64,000 nucleotides of DNA, taken from contig NC_068996.1 of NCBI RefSeq assembly GCF_001194135.2, positions 52,206,187 through 52,270,186 on the forward strand, in the 5' to 3' direction. Origin of the DNA: Octopus bimaculoides. Taxonomy: Eukaryota. A program made the position numbers and the translations under genes. Position 1 is the first letter of the stretch. Each line of letters starts with the position of its first letter. Below the pieces are notes generated by a model. The model was not told the DNA's origin, did no database searches, and saw only the letters and a program-made list of their open reading frames with translations. Of this stretch, positions 1-12,197 are shown piece after piece.

Positions 1-56
1 CCATGCAACCATGGAAATGTAGATGTTATGATGATGATGATGATGATGATGATGAT
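1..56 (+). mobile_element. RTE LINE 3' terminus remnant with (GAT)n tail
   Basis: ccatgcaaccatggaaatgtagatgtta(tga)n matches the 3' end ccatgctagcatggaaagcggacgttaaac(gat)n seen at 17350-17400 and 44365-44410. Confidence 0.6.
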
Positions 57-122
57 ACCATATTTGTTTTCATATTTGAATTAAATATTGTGTTCTTTGC
101 TTTTGTTATTTTTAATTTATAG

Positions 123-274
123 GTGTTTTTGGTCAAAACAATCCATGGAATGTTCACAAGCCAGAAACCTTTGAACATCCTTTAATTCCATTTGAAGTTT
201 TAACGGATTCCTTAAGTCTACCAGAGTATGTAGCTCTAATACCAAAAGAACCTGATGAAGCAGAAGCAACTAAT
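123..274 (+). CDS. Internal exon of unidentified gene (VFGQNNPWNVHKPETFEHPLIPFEVLTDSLSLPEYVALIPKEPDEAEATN)
   Basis: Acceptor tttatag at 121-122, open frame, donor gtacgt at 275 (phase 0) matching the next exon. Confidence 0.75.
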
Positions 275-583
275 GTACGTTGTTTATTTACCTTTGCATT
301 CGTTTAGTTCTTTCAAATGTTTAAGGTATCAGAAACTCTGAGAATTGTCATTCCCTGTTACAGTTTTACTTTTAAGAGGTAGTTTTCTAGAATTGCTTTT
401 CTAAATTCTTGGTAAAATATCTTACATAAATTGTTCTTCTTTAAGATTATTTTTCTTATATAATTATTACAAGAACACATTTACATCTTTAGTCACAATA
501 TGTGAATTCACTGGAGTAAAAGACACATACAAATCTATTAGTATATACCTATTTTTATATGTATACTTCTATATGTATGTGCA

Positions 584-840
584 GCGCATTGTGTTCTTGA
601 GCAAGACACTTTATTTCACATTGTTCTAGTCCTCTCAGCTGATAAAAATTAGTTGTACTTGAAATTCTAAAGCACCAGCCCTGTCACATTGTGTGCCACG
701 CTGAATATCCTTAAGAACTATGTTGAGGGTACACATGTCTGTGGAATGCTCAGCCACTTGCAGGTTAATTTCACAAGCAGGCTGTTCCATTTTTTGGATC
801 AACTGGAAGACTCATCACTGTAACCGACAGAGTGCCAGTT
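584..840 (+). mobile_element. 5'-truncated tRNA-SINE (ttgagcaagacact core family)
   Basis: Shares ttgtgttcttgagcaagacactttatttcac..ctcagctg core with the fuller copy at 45525-45860. Confidence 0.6.
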
Positions 841-945
841 ATGTTTTTTAAATGAGAGTTTTTTTTAAATGAGAAAGTATATACATGCCTTTTGTTGTTG
901 TTGATGACAATGACGATGATGAGCAACTATATATCACAATAAAGT

Positions 946-3480
946 CATCATCATCGTCATTTAATGTCCGCTTTCCATGCTGGCATGGCTCCAATCTGAT
1001 CTGGCAAGGTTTCTACAGCTAAATGCCCTTCCTAATGCCATCCACTCCAAGAGTATAGTGGGTGCTTTTTACGTGCCAGTCAGGAGGCACTGGCGTCAAC
1101 CAACCACGCTTGATTGATGCTCTTTATGTGCCACCAGCACAGGAGCCAGTCAGGCAGCACTGGCATTGACCATGCTAGAATGGTGCTCTTTATGTGCCAC
1201 CAGCACAGGAGCCAGTCAGGCAGCANNNNNNNNNNGCCAGTCAGGCAGCACTGGCATTGACCATGCTAGAATGGTGCTCTTTATGTGCCACCAGCACAGG
1301 AGCCAGTCAGGCAGCACTGGCATTGACCATGCTAGAATGGTGCCTTTTATGTGCCCCTGGCACGGGTGCCAGTCAGGCAGCACTGGCCACAACTATGATT
1401 TCACTTGACTCAACAGGGCTTTTCAAGCACAGCATATTGCTTGATGATTGAAGGGTACTTTTAAATGGGCCAGTTATGTGACACTGGCATTGACCACAGC
1501 TATGATCTCACTTGGCTTGCTGGATCTTCTCAAGCACAGCATATCTTCAAAGGTCTTGGTCACTTGTCATTGCCTCTGTGAGGCCCAACATTTGAAGGTC
1601 GTGCTTCACCACCTCATCCCAGGTCTTCCTGGGTCTACCTCTTCCACAGGTTCCTTCCACTGTTAGGGTGTGATACTTCTTCACACAGCTCTCCTCATCC
1701 ATATGCAACACATGACCATACCAGCACAGTCATCTCTCTTGCACATCTGATGCATCTTATGTCCAACTTTTCTCTCAGGGTGCTTATCTCTGTCATTACA
1801 CATCCTGTGGAACATACTGGCTTCATTTCTTTCAAGACTATGCATGTCCTCAGTAGTCACAGCCCATGTTTCACTGCTGTGTACCATAGCAGTTCACACA
1901 CAGACATCATACAGTCTACCTTTCACTCTGAGCAAGAGGCCCTTTGTCACCAGCAGAAGTAGGAACTCTCTGAATTTTGCCCAGGTTATTCTTACTCTAG
2001 CAGCTATGCTCTCAGAGCGTCCACCCCTGCTACTGACTTGGTTACCTAGGTAAAGGACATTATCAACTACTTCTAGTTTTCCCCACTGGCATATAATGGA
2101 ATCTATTTTCTGTACATCTTTGGTGTTTATTGCCCTGTGTTTATTGCCACACACAAAATCTATCTTCCCAGTTAAACTTCCTTTGATATTGCTGCACCTC
2201 TTATGTGTCCATAGCTTACACTGAGTTCATCTTATGGAGTTCCTACCTGCACCTTTTCTACAGATCAAGTAGGCCATCTACCTGAAGGGATTTGTGATTT
2301 GTCTGCCTTCCTACTTACTAAGACTTTGGCTTTTGCTAGGTTAATTCTAAGGCCCTTTGATTCTAGGCCTTGCTTCCACACCTCAAACTTCTTCTCTAAT
2401 TCTGGTAGTGACTCAGCTATTAGTGCAAGGTCATCAGCATAGAGGAGCTCCCAGGTGCATCCTGTCTTGAATTTCTCTGTTATTGCCTGGAGAACTATGA
2501 TGAATAAGAGGGGGCTGAGGACTAAGCTTTTGTGAACCACTACTTCTACCCAGAATTCTTCACCATACTCGTTGCCAACCCTCACCTTACTGACAGCTTA
2601 TGCAGCTCTCATCAACCAGTCATCTATCCCTAGTTTCCACATTGGCTACCAGATAAGGGATTGGCTTTTCCATGTCAACAAAAGCCAAGTACAGAGGTTT
2701 ATCTTAGACTAGGTATTTCTCCTGAAGCTGTCTTACCAGAAATATAGCATTAGTGGTGCTTCTCCCTGGCACAAACCCAAACTGCATCTTGTCTAAACTA
2801 ACTCTCTCCCTAATTAGTTGGGCTATGACCCTCTCTGTGACTTTCATTACCTGATCCAACAACTTGATACCTCTGTAATTATTTGTATCTAAGGCATCAC
2901 CTTTAGCCTTGTAACAGTTGACTACGGTGCTGCTACACCAGTCATTGGGTATGACTCCTTCATGCATCACCTGATTGACTATACGGGTGACTAGACTATA
3001 GCCGACACCGCCAGATATCTTAAGCATCTCCTGATGCGCTGGCGGCTTTCCCTGTCTTCATACCCTTAATTGCTTTATCTACCAAGGTACTGTCAACTCA
3101 AATAGCTGGTCCCTCTGTTGGGTTGACATTCAGCAGACTATCTTTCTCCCATTCATTCTCTTCATTTAGCAACCTTTCATAATGGCGTCTCCAAGTCTCT
3201 CTCCTTGCAGCCTCATTAAATGCAAGTGAGCCATCATCCATGCAGACACATTTCTCTCCTATGAAATCACAATTCTCTCTCACACACTGTCTTGCAATAC
3301 AAAACATTTCAAGTCTCTGGTCCTCACAATGCAGAACATTGGCTAATTTTTTCTCATCTGCTTCCCCTCTGTTTAAGTAAACCTGTCTCCTAGCTTCCCT
3401 TCTGGTGATCTGATGCAGTTCCCTGCTACCACCACACTTCCAGTCCTTCCATGCCTGTTTCTTTTCCCTAATGGCCCTGC
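946..3480 (-). mobile_element. 5'-truncated, frameshifted RTE-clade LINE (RT region plus 3' UTR) with 22-bp TSD
   Basis: Fragments NYRGIKLLDQVMKV, QFGFVPGRSTT, ELLYADDLALIA, HSSETWAV; (ATC)n tail at 946; TSD caacta(t/c)atatcacaataaagt at 924-945 and 3481-3502. Confidence 0.9.
1076..1400. repeat. ~65-bp tandem repeat (4-5 units) in the RTE 3' UTR
   Basis: Repeated unit gccagtcaggcagcactggcattgaccatgctagaatggtgctctttatgtgccaccagcacagga; spans a short N-gap. Confidence 0.8.
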
Positions 3481-3591
3481 CAACTACATATCACAATAAA
3501 GTATTAAAATATTCTCAGTAGCATGAACTGAACTTGTTTCGGCCATTAAAAAATCTTTATTTTATTTGTATTTCTTTCTTTTGCATTTCAG

Positions 3592-3701
3592 AATGTTGAA
3601 ACTAATTATCAAATTCTTTCTTCAACTTCATCCAAAGAAGCAGATGTTTCTTTACATGATGAACTAAAGGCTGAATTAATCCAGGGATTAAAAGCAATGA
3701 G
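3592..3701 (+). CDS. Penultimate exon of unidentified gene (NVETNYQILSSTSSKEADVSLHDELKAELIQGLKAMR)
   Basis: Acceptor tttctttcttttgcatttcag, phase 0 start; ends AG|gcaaga (GC donor, phase 2) matching the terminal exon. Confidence 0.7.
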
Positions 3702-3827
3702 GCAAGAATACTTTACTTGCTATTTTTATCCATGTTTATGTATGCTTACAGTGATGTGTGTTTCTATGTATGAATGTGTTTATTCTGTAAATAGACTGAG
3801 AAATAAGAATGACAAAAAGTTAATAGT

Positions 3828-4042
3828 TTAGCCCTTTAGCATTTAAATTGGTCATATCTGGAGCAAATATTCTACTCCTTTTTCATTGAAATTGGCCAGG
3901 TTCAGCCTCTTACATCTACCCTACAATAAACAAATCCCATCTTCAAAATCCTGATGATGCAACATACTACATGATTAATTTTTAAAAACACTGACAAATA
4001 AGCATTACATTTGATGAATTAATCTGAATTCTAAAGGGTTAA
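3828..4042 (+). mobile_element. piggyBac-type MITE
   Basis: Termini tta(g)ccctttagcatt ... aattctaaagggttaa (TTAA plus CCCTTTAG TIR); same family at 20.2-22.2 kb and 62585-62819. Confidence 0.65.
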
Positions 4043-4302
4043 ATGTCATCTGGTGATTTTGGTTTTACTATGGTCAACTTTGATGCTTATGAACCAACTG
4101 GGAAGCACACACAGACAGTGCTCGTGATATCATTAGAGTGGACCATACGAGGGAAACTGACATGATTTTTGAATAGTTAAATAAGTATACAGGTGATAAT
4201 GAAATTAAGGTTCAACAAATAGAATCTGAACATGTCAGTTAATGGAAACCTTAAAACAGGCAATAAACTGTATACCCAGCATCATCAAACATGTTGATAA
4301 AA

Positions 4303-4522
4303 ATATCCTTTTCTACTCTAGGCATAAGGCCTGAAATTTGGAGGGGAGGGGGCCAGTTGATTAGATTGACCCCAGTATGCAACTGGTACTTAATTTATCA
4401 ACCCTGAAAGGATGAAAAGCAAAGTCGACCTCGGCAGAATTTGAACTCAGAACGTAAAAACAAACGAAATACTGCTAAGCATTTTGCCGGGCGTGCTAAC
4501 GATTCTGCCAGCTCACCACCTT
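4303..4522 (-). mobile_element. tRNA-derived SINE (ggtggtgagctggcagaa family) with 12-bp TSD
   Basis: A box tggcagaatcgttag and B box gttcaaattc on - strand; TSD atgttgataaaa at 4291-4302 and 4523-4534. Confidence 0.85.
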
Positions 4523-4864
4523 ATGTTGATAAAAGTATCATCAAGCATGATGTCTTCTGATAAAGAGAATTCTACCAAAGTACCTACATGCAACCACAGT
4601 CAGGAATTTTTAAAAAATCATGTCTTGTTGAACAATTAATTACAAACCACCTTTAAAATACTAAAAAGGTGAACTAATGAGGTAGCCTTATCTGCTAGAA
4701 ATAGCAGCTGCAGTGTCTTCTTCAAAACAACCCCTAATGACTTTAAAATAAAAGGACATATTGAACAATGTAGTCATAGGGATACAAAGAGCTGAAGTGG
4801 TCATGGCTGGAATGATTATAAGTCTGCTCAATTAAGGGTTAGGGTTAGGGTTATCAGAAACAAG

Positions 4865-5070
4865 CCCTAAAATTTTGTGGGGTGAGGGTGGGGAGCTAGT
4901 TGATTACATCAACCTCGGGTTCTCAATTGCTACTTATTTTATCAATACCAAAAAGATGAAGGGCAAATTTGACCTTGATAGAATTTGACCTTGGAACGTA
5001 AAGAGCCAGAGGAAATGCCACTAAGCACTTTGTTTGATACACTAACGCTCTTACTAGCTCACAGAATAAT
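4865..5070 (-). mobile_element. Degenerate copy of the same tRNA-SINE family
   Basis: Similar to 4303-4522 (gatgaagggcaaatttgacctt..gaatttgacc). Confidence 0.55.
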
Positions 5071-5889
5071 ACACAACAGTAAGAAAAGGGACGTGCATGG
5101 TATATTGTATAACTCGCCATTTAAACATTGATGTAAAAACCAGAGCTACAAAAAAATCTCCACTCCCTCATTTGCTGAATGGCAATAAATTCCATTAGTT
5201 GTACGTCATGAAAAATGTAAAGATGAGTTACATCTCTCTTTTTATGCAGAACATGTGAAAATCATAATACAAAAATATTACAATCAAACCCCAAATTAAC
5301 ATGAGTTTCCAGAATAGGGAACACCATAGCACTTTCTGCCAACATTACATGTATAATTCTGGACAAAGTACCAGAATTTAGGAAAGAAACAAAGTACTGT
5401 GACTTCTGTAAGATAAAGTCCACATTATTTTTATACATTCTATACAAAACTTTTCATAAACTTTAAGATAGTCGTCCTATACCAGTGACAACATGACTTA
5501 TTGGAAGTACCATGTACCATTTAAAGTATTTTGCTGTTCAAGCTAATGAGAGAATGGCCTGCTAGAAATAAGTCAAAAGTACCTTGGCCATACTCACTAT
5601 CTTAAAAAATGAAAGGACACTTTGGAGAATGTAACCCTGGATATATAAGAATATGAGATGATCGGGCTGGAATGCCTTTCCTCATAAGGTCTACTGTATG
5701 GGGAATGACCTGTTATCAGACATATCTTCTCATTCAGTTGATGAATACAGTCAGCCATGGCTTAATTGTATGACACATTATAGATCCAAATACATAATCT
5801 TTTTTCCCCTTAGATATTACTAAATCCATCTATATTTTTCTATAATTTTTTTATTGTCATGTCTGTTTCACTGACTATTTCCCCTTGTC

Positions 5890-6310
5890 TTGCACAAGGA
5901 AACCCCTTATCACAATTATGATGGGGAGTTCTACGCACAACCATACTCAGATATATTATCAAGGTTGATCCAGTAGGTATTTCAAGTCTTGCAACATACA
6001 CAATTCTGCCCAGGTGACACAAATCATTTTGATCAACACTTAGCCTATGTCCATATAACATTCAGGCCACACTGGCCGCCTCATTTCAGCCAGAACCTTC
6101 TAGATGCTTTCTCTGTAGTGTCCAAGCTGCTCTTGATGGCCCTCCTTCCTCACACAGAGTTCCATAGGCCTTAGTAAGGGGACGACTTGCAAACCTTTGA
6201 CTGTCCACCTTCACTAGTATGTACCTCGTCCTTTCATGATTCATGCAGGTATTTTCCCCCTTTCCCCTTCTTGTGCTTCTTCAATTCTCTTTTCCCAGGA
6301 CACAGTTGCA
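5890..6310 (-). mobile_element. Relic 3' end of an RLE-type non-LTR element (HERO/NeSL-like)
   Basis: Translates EGGQSKVCK..GRRAIKSSLDTTEKASRRFWLK, resembling the C-terminus of RLE-bearing LINEs (AAEKASRWLWLK); stops present. Confidence 0.45.
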
Positions 6311-6444
6311 ATAACATGAATTGTCTGGACTCAACAAAAACTTCTGTTGATTGTTGTTTCTGTTTTTTTTTTTTAATTCTATTTTTTGTTAGTTTTAATG
6401 TTATTATCAACTTCATCATCAGTAATGTTAATATATGTTTCCAG

Positions 6445-6607
6445 AATTGACTCAAGAAAAGTGCATGCATCAGATACAGTAAATGGAATATATAAAATTC
6501 TACATTATCATGAACTGAACAAGATTCCTGATTTGGAAATACCTGCTTGTCTTATGAGAAGGAAAGATGACATTTTTGGTACTGATTTTGAATATATGAA
6601 AGAGTGA
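6445..6607 (+). CDS. Terminal coding exon of unidentified gene (IDSRKVHASDTVNGIYKILHYHELNKIPDLEIPACLMRRKDDIFGTDFEYMKE*)
   Basis: Acceptor atgtttccag at 6443-6444, open frame to TGA 6605-6607, AATAAA about 100 nt downstream. Confidence 0.75.
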
Positions 6608-6707
6608 TTAAAAAAAAAACAAAAGAAAATTTTCCACGATGTTTGTTTTGTGTATGAAATGAAAATGACTTTTATAACTGTTTATATTTCGTTAAAAGAA
6701 AATACGG

Positions 6708-6713
6708 AATAAA
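6708..6713 (+). terminator. Candidate polyadenylation signal of the + strand gene
   Basis: AATAAA about 100 nt after the stop, followed by U/GU-rich sequence. Confidence 0.4.
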
Positions 6714-6769
6714 TTATAACCAAAGAAGAGGTCTGTACCTTTGTCCTTTATATATGCTGTGTTATAGTT

Positions 6770-7150
6770 TATCTTTTAATTCTTTCAGTCATTAGGTTGC
6801 TGCCATGCTGGAGCACTGCCTTGAATTTTAGTCGATTAAATTGACCTCAGAACTTTTTTTTATTAGCCTGGTACTTATTCTATCAGTCTTTTCTGCCAAA
6901 CTGCTAAGTTACAAGAATGTAAACACACCAGTACTAGTTGTCAGGCAGTGATTGGGGGACAAAAACACAGGCACAATATACACACACACATGATGGGCTT
7001 CTTTCAGTTTCCATCTACCAAAACCACTCACAAGGCTTTGGTTGACTCAAGGCTAATAGAAGACACTTATCCAAGATGTCACACAGTGGGACTGAACCTA
7101 AGAACCACATGGTTGGGAAGCAAGCTTCTTACCACACAACCACACCTGTG
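6770..7150 (-). mobile_element. tRNA-SINE with CORE-like central domain
   Basis: Reverse complement of the gagtggctgtgtggtaag..ccttgggcaagtgtcttc..gagtggatttggtagac family at 27688-28064. Confidence 0.75.
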
Positions 7151-8164
7151 TAAAAGATTCCAAGGTCTAACAATTAGAATTCACTCACAGACACTATTAT
7201 ACATTGATAGGTGTTCAGTTGGAATTTAGTTGTTTACAAGGAAATTACTTCTCTCTCATGATTAAATAGAATTCATCATTTTATATAATCATCACTTAAC
7301 ATACATTTTCCCACACTTGCAAGAGTCAGAAGGAATTTGTTGAGTGAGATTTTCTACACCCAGATGCCTTTCCTGTCACCAAACCTCACCTGTTTATGAG
7401 CAAGGTAATATTTCCTTATGGTCAGACATGTTTTCACAGAATACTGGAAATGAATGACTTTCAACTTTAAGTGATATTTAGATGAGGTGACATAAGCATA
7501 CACATGCTCATGTGTGTGTATACAAATACACGTGTAGATAATTTACATTTACACGCATATACATACACACGCAAGTTTCTGACAAGGTTTTGATCAACCT
7601 AGGGCTATAGTGGAAGACATTTGCCACATCTGTGCACATTTAATTTTATTTCATATCAGCTGCTACCGTTTTTTTTCCTTCTTAATATTGGCATGAAGAA
7701 AAATTTTGATGTAATCCTCTCTCATCAGTACAAAATAAAAGAACAGTAATTACATTATCTGTAACAAAAATCCGGAAAAAGAAATATATAGAAATTAATA
7801 GAGATAGACAAAAAGAAATACTTGATTAAAATATTTCATGGAACAATATATATTTGTATGGTGCCATCTTCAAACAAATGTGAATGGCTGGAATGAAAGT
7901 CTTTTATATGAAATCCAGCATAACTGAAAAATGGTTTGATACCAACATTAATCAAATATATTGTGTTAAAAAAAATTCATAAATTTATATATTAACTTAA
8001 ATAAACCAGATCTGAATTTGTCCATGAGCTATATTGAATTTCATAAAATATTTTCATAAATGTCAATTTTGCTGATTTTCTTTTCCCCCAAATTCTAACC
8101 AAATGTAGTGAAATTAATTTACTTCTAATAATTTTGTATTATTAAAATAGATACATATATATGG

Positions 8165-8453
8165 ATCAATGCCAGTGCCCTTGACTGGCTCCCCATGCCA
8201 GTGATACGTAAAAAGCACCATCCGAATGTGGTCGATGCCAGTGCCACCTGACTGGCTCCCATTCCAGTGGCACATAAAAAGCACCCACAACACTCTCAGA
8301 GTGGTTATTTGTTAGGAAGGGCATCCAGCTGTAGAAACTCTGCCAGATCAGATTGGAGCCTGGTGCAACCTCCTAGCTTGCCAGTCCTCAGTCAAACTGT
8401 CCAACCTATACCAGCATGGAAAACGGAGATTAAACGATGATGATGATGATGAT
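8165..8453 (+). mobile_element. RTE LINE 3' UTR fragment with (GAT)n tail
   Basis: ggaagggcatccagctgtagaaactctgcc..cagcatggaaaacgg..taaacgatgatg. Confidence 0.8.
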
Positions 8454-8496
8454 ATACATATAGATAGATAGTGATATTATATATATATATATATAT

Positions 8497-8530
<34 letters not shown>

Positions 8531-8589
8531 GTATATAGATATTTATATGTATATATTAGATGATTCTGCAGTTTTTTTGCTGAACAACT

Positions 8590-8820
8590 TGTGCCAATGA
8601 TTTGTCTATAAGGATCAAATGTGTGTGCTATACATTAGCTCAATCCTTCCACCAAATCAACATTACCTGTACAGGTGCACAAGTGTGCTACATATCAGAT
8701 GTCGAAGTGATTGCTGTGCAACATGAGATGAAATGCTTTGCTCAAGAACACAATGCACCACCCGGTCTTGGAATTGAAACCACGATCTTGTGATGAGTAC
8801 AACACCTAAACCACTAGGTC
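8590..8820 (-). mobile_element. tRNA-SINE (ttgagcaagacact core family), degenerate
   Basis: gaaatgctttgctcaagaacacaatgc..gaattgaaaccacgatc..accactagg; related copies at 28430-28660 and 41420-41670. Confidence 0.6.
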
Positions 8821-9664
8821 ACATATATAGATAGATGCTGAGCATCCTCCCACCACTTTCTTCAAACTACTCAACCTTCTATTTCTTATTAGAAGCAACC
8901 TATGTTCCTTTCATCACACTCTAGCCATTCAACGCCTGGCATAGAACCAATGCCCTTCCACCTCTCAAATATTGCCATCCTGCATTTAATCAAGGTTTTC
9001 CCTGCCCACCATTATTTTTTTTCTAACTCCATCTTCCTGTTGCTTTTATCTTGCTTTGCAAGTTACTTGGCAACCTTGCTAGTGCTGGTGCCACATAAAA
9101 ATCATCCAGTACTACTCTGTAAAGTGGATGACATTAGGAAGAAGGAAATCCAGCCTAGAAACCAAGCCAGAGTGGATAGTGGTGCTTGATGCAGTTTTCT
9201 GATTTTCCCATTCCTGTCAAACCGTCCAGCCCATGGCATCATGGAAAGAACATTAAATGATGATTTATATATATATATATATATATTAATATTAAACTAT
9301 TTCTGGATAATTTTCTGTACCTCCCTCTATTGTGGTAAAAGTTTGGTATATACTCAAAAGTATTCATAAAACATTTTATCCTTTTGTTATAATATTCTTC
9401 TTAATAATCCTCTGAATAACCCTAAACTTTATACAATATAGCAGTATTGCTTAAAATATTTAACTATAGTACTACATAAGATTTCCCCTGTTTCATTATC
9501 AATGGTCTACTAGTGGCCAGCTCCCTTAATTGTCAGCTAACATCTTGATTTAAGTTTTCCTTCACCAAATCCCATGATATTGCTTCAAATAAATCTTGAT
9601 TTTTATGACTATACCCACTATGATTTCTGTCGACCCCCTCAGCCCTGCCCCTGACAGACCCAGC

Positions 9665-10057
9665 CTTAGATATACAAGGATTTTATAAAACTAGTCTATA
9701 AATTAAAACTGACCCCATATAAAAGTGACAAGCAAAATCTGTAACAAGTCTTTCTTCATGATAACTTAGTGGCTTCTAAGAGGAAGGAAGGGCAACAATG
9801 TTCTTTGTCTATCTCCTTAACTTCTCAGAGATTTTAGGTAAAATTATACTAATGTATCCATCAGTTTTAATTTAATTAAATTCTGTCTTTGTGCAGCTAA
9901 AGATTACTCTGCATTTAAACTGATGTAATGATTGCATTGTTCAATTAAATGGAGTTGCATGAAACGATTGTACCTCTGGAAATCCTTGTTGCATATTTGG
10001 ATTTTATTCACCTTATTTTGAAACTGTATGGATAATACCATACTAAATTCTGGTGCC
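9665..10057 (+). repeat. Unclassified ~400-bp dispersed repeat
   Basis: Colinear with the reverse complement of 30234-30622; runs into an N-gap. Confidence 0.75.
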
Positions 10058-10946
10058 NNNNNNNNNNNNNNNNNNNNNNNNNNNNNNNNNNNNNNNNNNN
10101 NNNNNNNNNNNNNNNNNNNNNNNNNNNNNNNNNNNNNNNNNNNNNNNNNNNNNNNNNCATGTTTGGCCATTGATATATTCATAAATAATTATTGTTTATA
10201 ATATATCCTCCATAATCTATTTTTACATTACTTTTTAATTATATATAAATATATAGATCTCATTGCTATTATGCTAAAGTGTTGTAAGTACAAAATATTG
10301 CTTTTTCAGAAAACAAAAAAATAGTCTTGCCATTCCATAGCAAAACCATTGTACTACACTTTGACAATTTTTGATGTTTTGGCATCTGAAGCAGCTGGAG
10401 ATATGATAGTTTGACCAAAAGAACTGGCTATTACAAACAAGAATAAATATCGGGAAAAAAAAAACGCATTTGGCCAAATTTTGACATACGACATTTTAAC
10501 ATAATAGCAACGATATATATATACAATTAATATTAAGTAGAAGCAACGGAGTGACTCAAAGGTCTGAGAGTTCCGTACTAGTTACAGGTTGAGGGGTTGT
10601 AAATTTATATACCTGTGATGATAGTATTTCCCTCGTTAGTTCTGGAACTAATTTTAATAAAAATAATTACAATATCGCATAGGTAATTCATATTTTTCAA
10701 ACAATTTTCCTGTTATACCATTCAATAAGTAAATACATAGATAAATACAATTTAGGCATGCTTATGCACAAGAGTGCTAGTGAACAATATATATATATAT
10801 ATACACACACACACATATGTGCAAACATCCACTCATACCTGCATGATTATATATTCACACACACACACACAGATATGTATATATAAAGCAAAATAAGAAT
10901 ATACATTACATAAATGCATAAGTGTACCTGTTTACACCATCAAACC

Positions 10947-11014
<68 letters not shown>

Positions 11015-12197
11015 AGGGCATACAAAAACACACACATGCACACGCAACTGGAGTATTCTGTTCTCTGCAGAGCAATCAGACATCCAGAAAATGACTTGAA
11101 GAATTATAGATTCAGGCAGCTGATGCAGAGGGAAGGAAAAGTCTAATAAGACAGATACATGAGCATGATGACACTCTGCAAGTCAGAGGTGATGGCACTT
11201 AAGAGCAAGGATGGGCTCACAGTAACAGAGAAAGAGGAGATGAAAGAGGCAACTATCACAGCAATCATTCACAGTGTCAATATCACAGTAATCATTTCTT
11301 CCTTCAACAAATCAGCCACTGGATTTTACTTCTTCAAACATATGTGAAACTCCTTGCTTTAAAGATAGGTAAGTGTTGGTGACAGGAAGGGCACCCAGCT
11401 GTAAAACAATGCATTTATAATAAATTTGTTTAACCTATGCTAGCATGGACATCATCATCCTTCAATGTCTGTTTTCCATGCTGGACAGATATAAAAACAA
11501 AAATTGATACATATATATATATATATACACACAGAAACATTATACATATAAAAACTTTTTTTTTTTTGCCACCTTAAAGCTTTCTGAACGTGACTGAAAA
11601 AGTCATTCACTCTCATTTAAGAGGATTCTGCAACAAACTGTAGAATGGACAAGATGCTTGAATGGCAATAAAGAATATAACTAACTCTACATTATTATAA
11701 ACAAATAGGAACAACTTAAGTAACATGAAAACACGCAATCTTTATTCCATATGGGAGCAAGCTGATGGATTTTTATCATTGTTGCTCATGCATAGAAATA
11801 AAGAAATATTTAAAATCAAACATCTTTATGCACTAATAACTACCAAAATAACTTCAGAATAATTTCATTTCTTACCAAAAATAGTTTTAAATGTGATTAA
11901 TTGAAAAAGAAAGTAGTGTCTCAATGAGCTGTTTAAAGAAAAGAGCATCATAAAATAGGATGCATCTAAGATATGTTACAAGTTTTTTAAAATGTATATA
12001 AATTAACATGTTTTTATTATCACATAGTATTCCTGATAAAATGTTAATGACATCAATTAAGTAGATGTAAATGGTAAAATGTTATTGTTAAAGAACAAAA
12101 GAAACAACAAAAAAATGTTTGTCAGCGACCCTGAAATACATTTCAGCAATTTTTAAATATAATAATTTATTACTTAAAATCTAATTTAACTACATTT

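Noticed and set aside
1076-1400. Regular repeat array as a possible CRISPR
   Set aside because: Eukaryotic DNA, no unique spacers, and part of the RTE 3' UTR
4833-4852. (TTAGGG)-like run
   Set aside because: Only about three units; too short to call an interstitial telomere
10480-10690. CpG-containing segment with TGACTCA and donor-like sites as a first exon
   Set aside because: No partner exon or ORF could be linked on either strand
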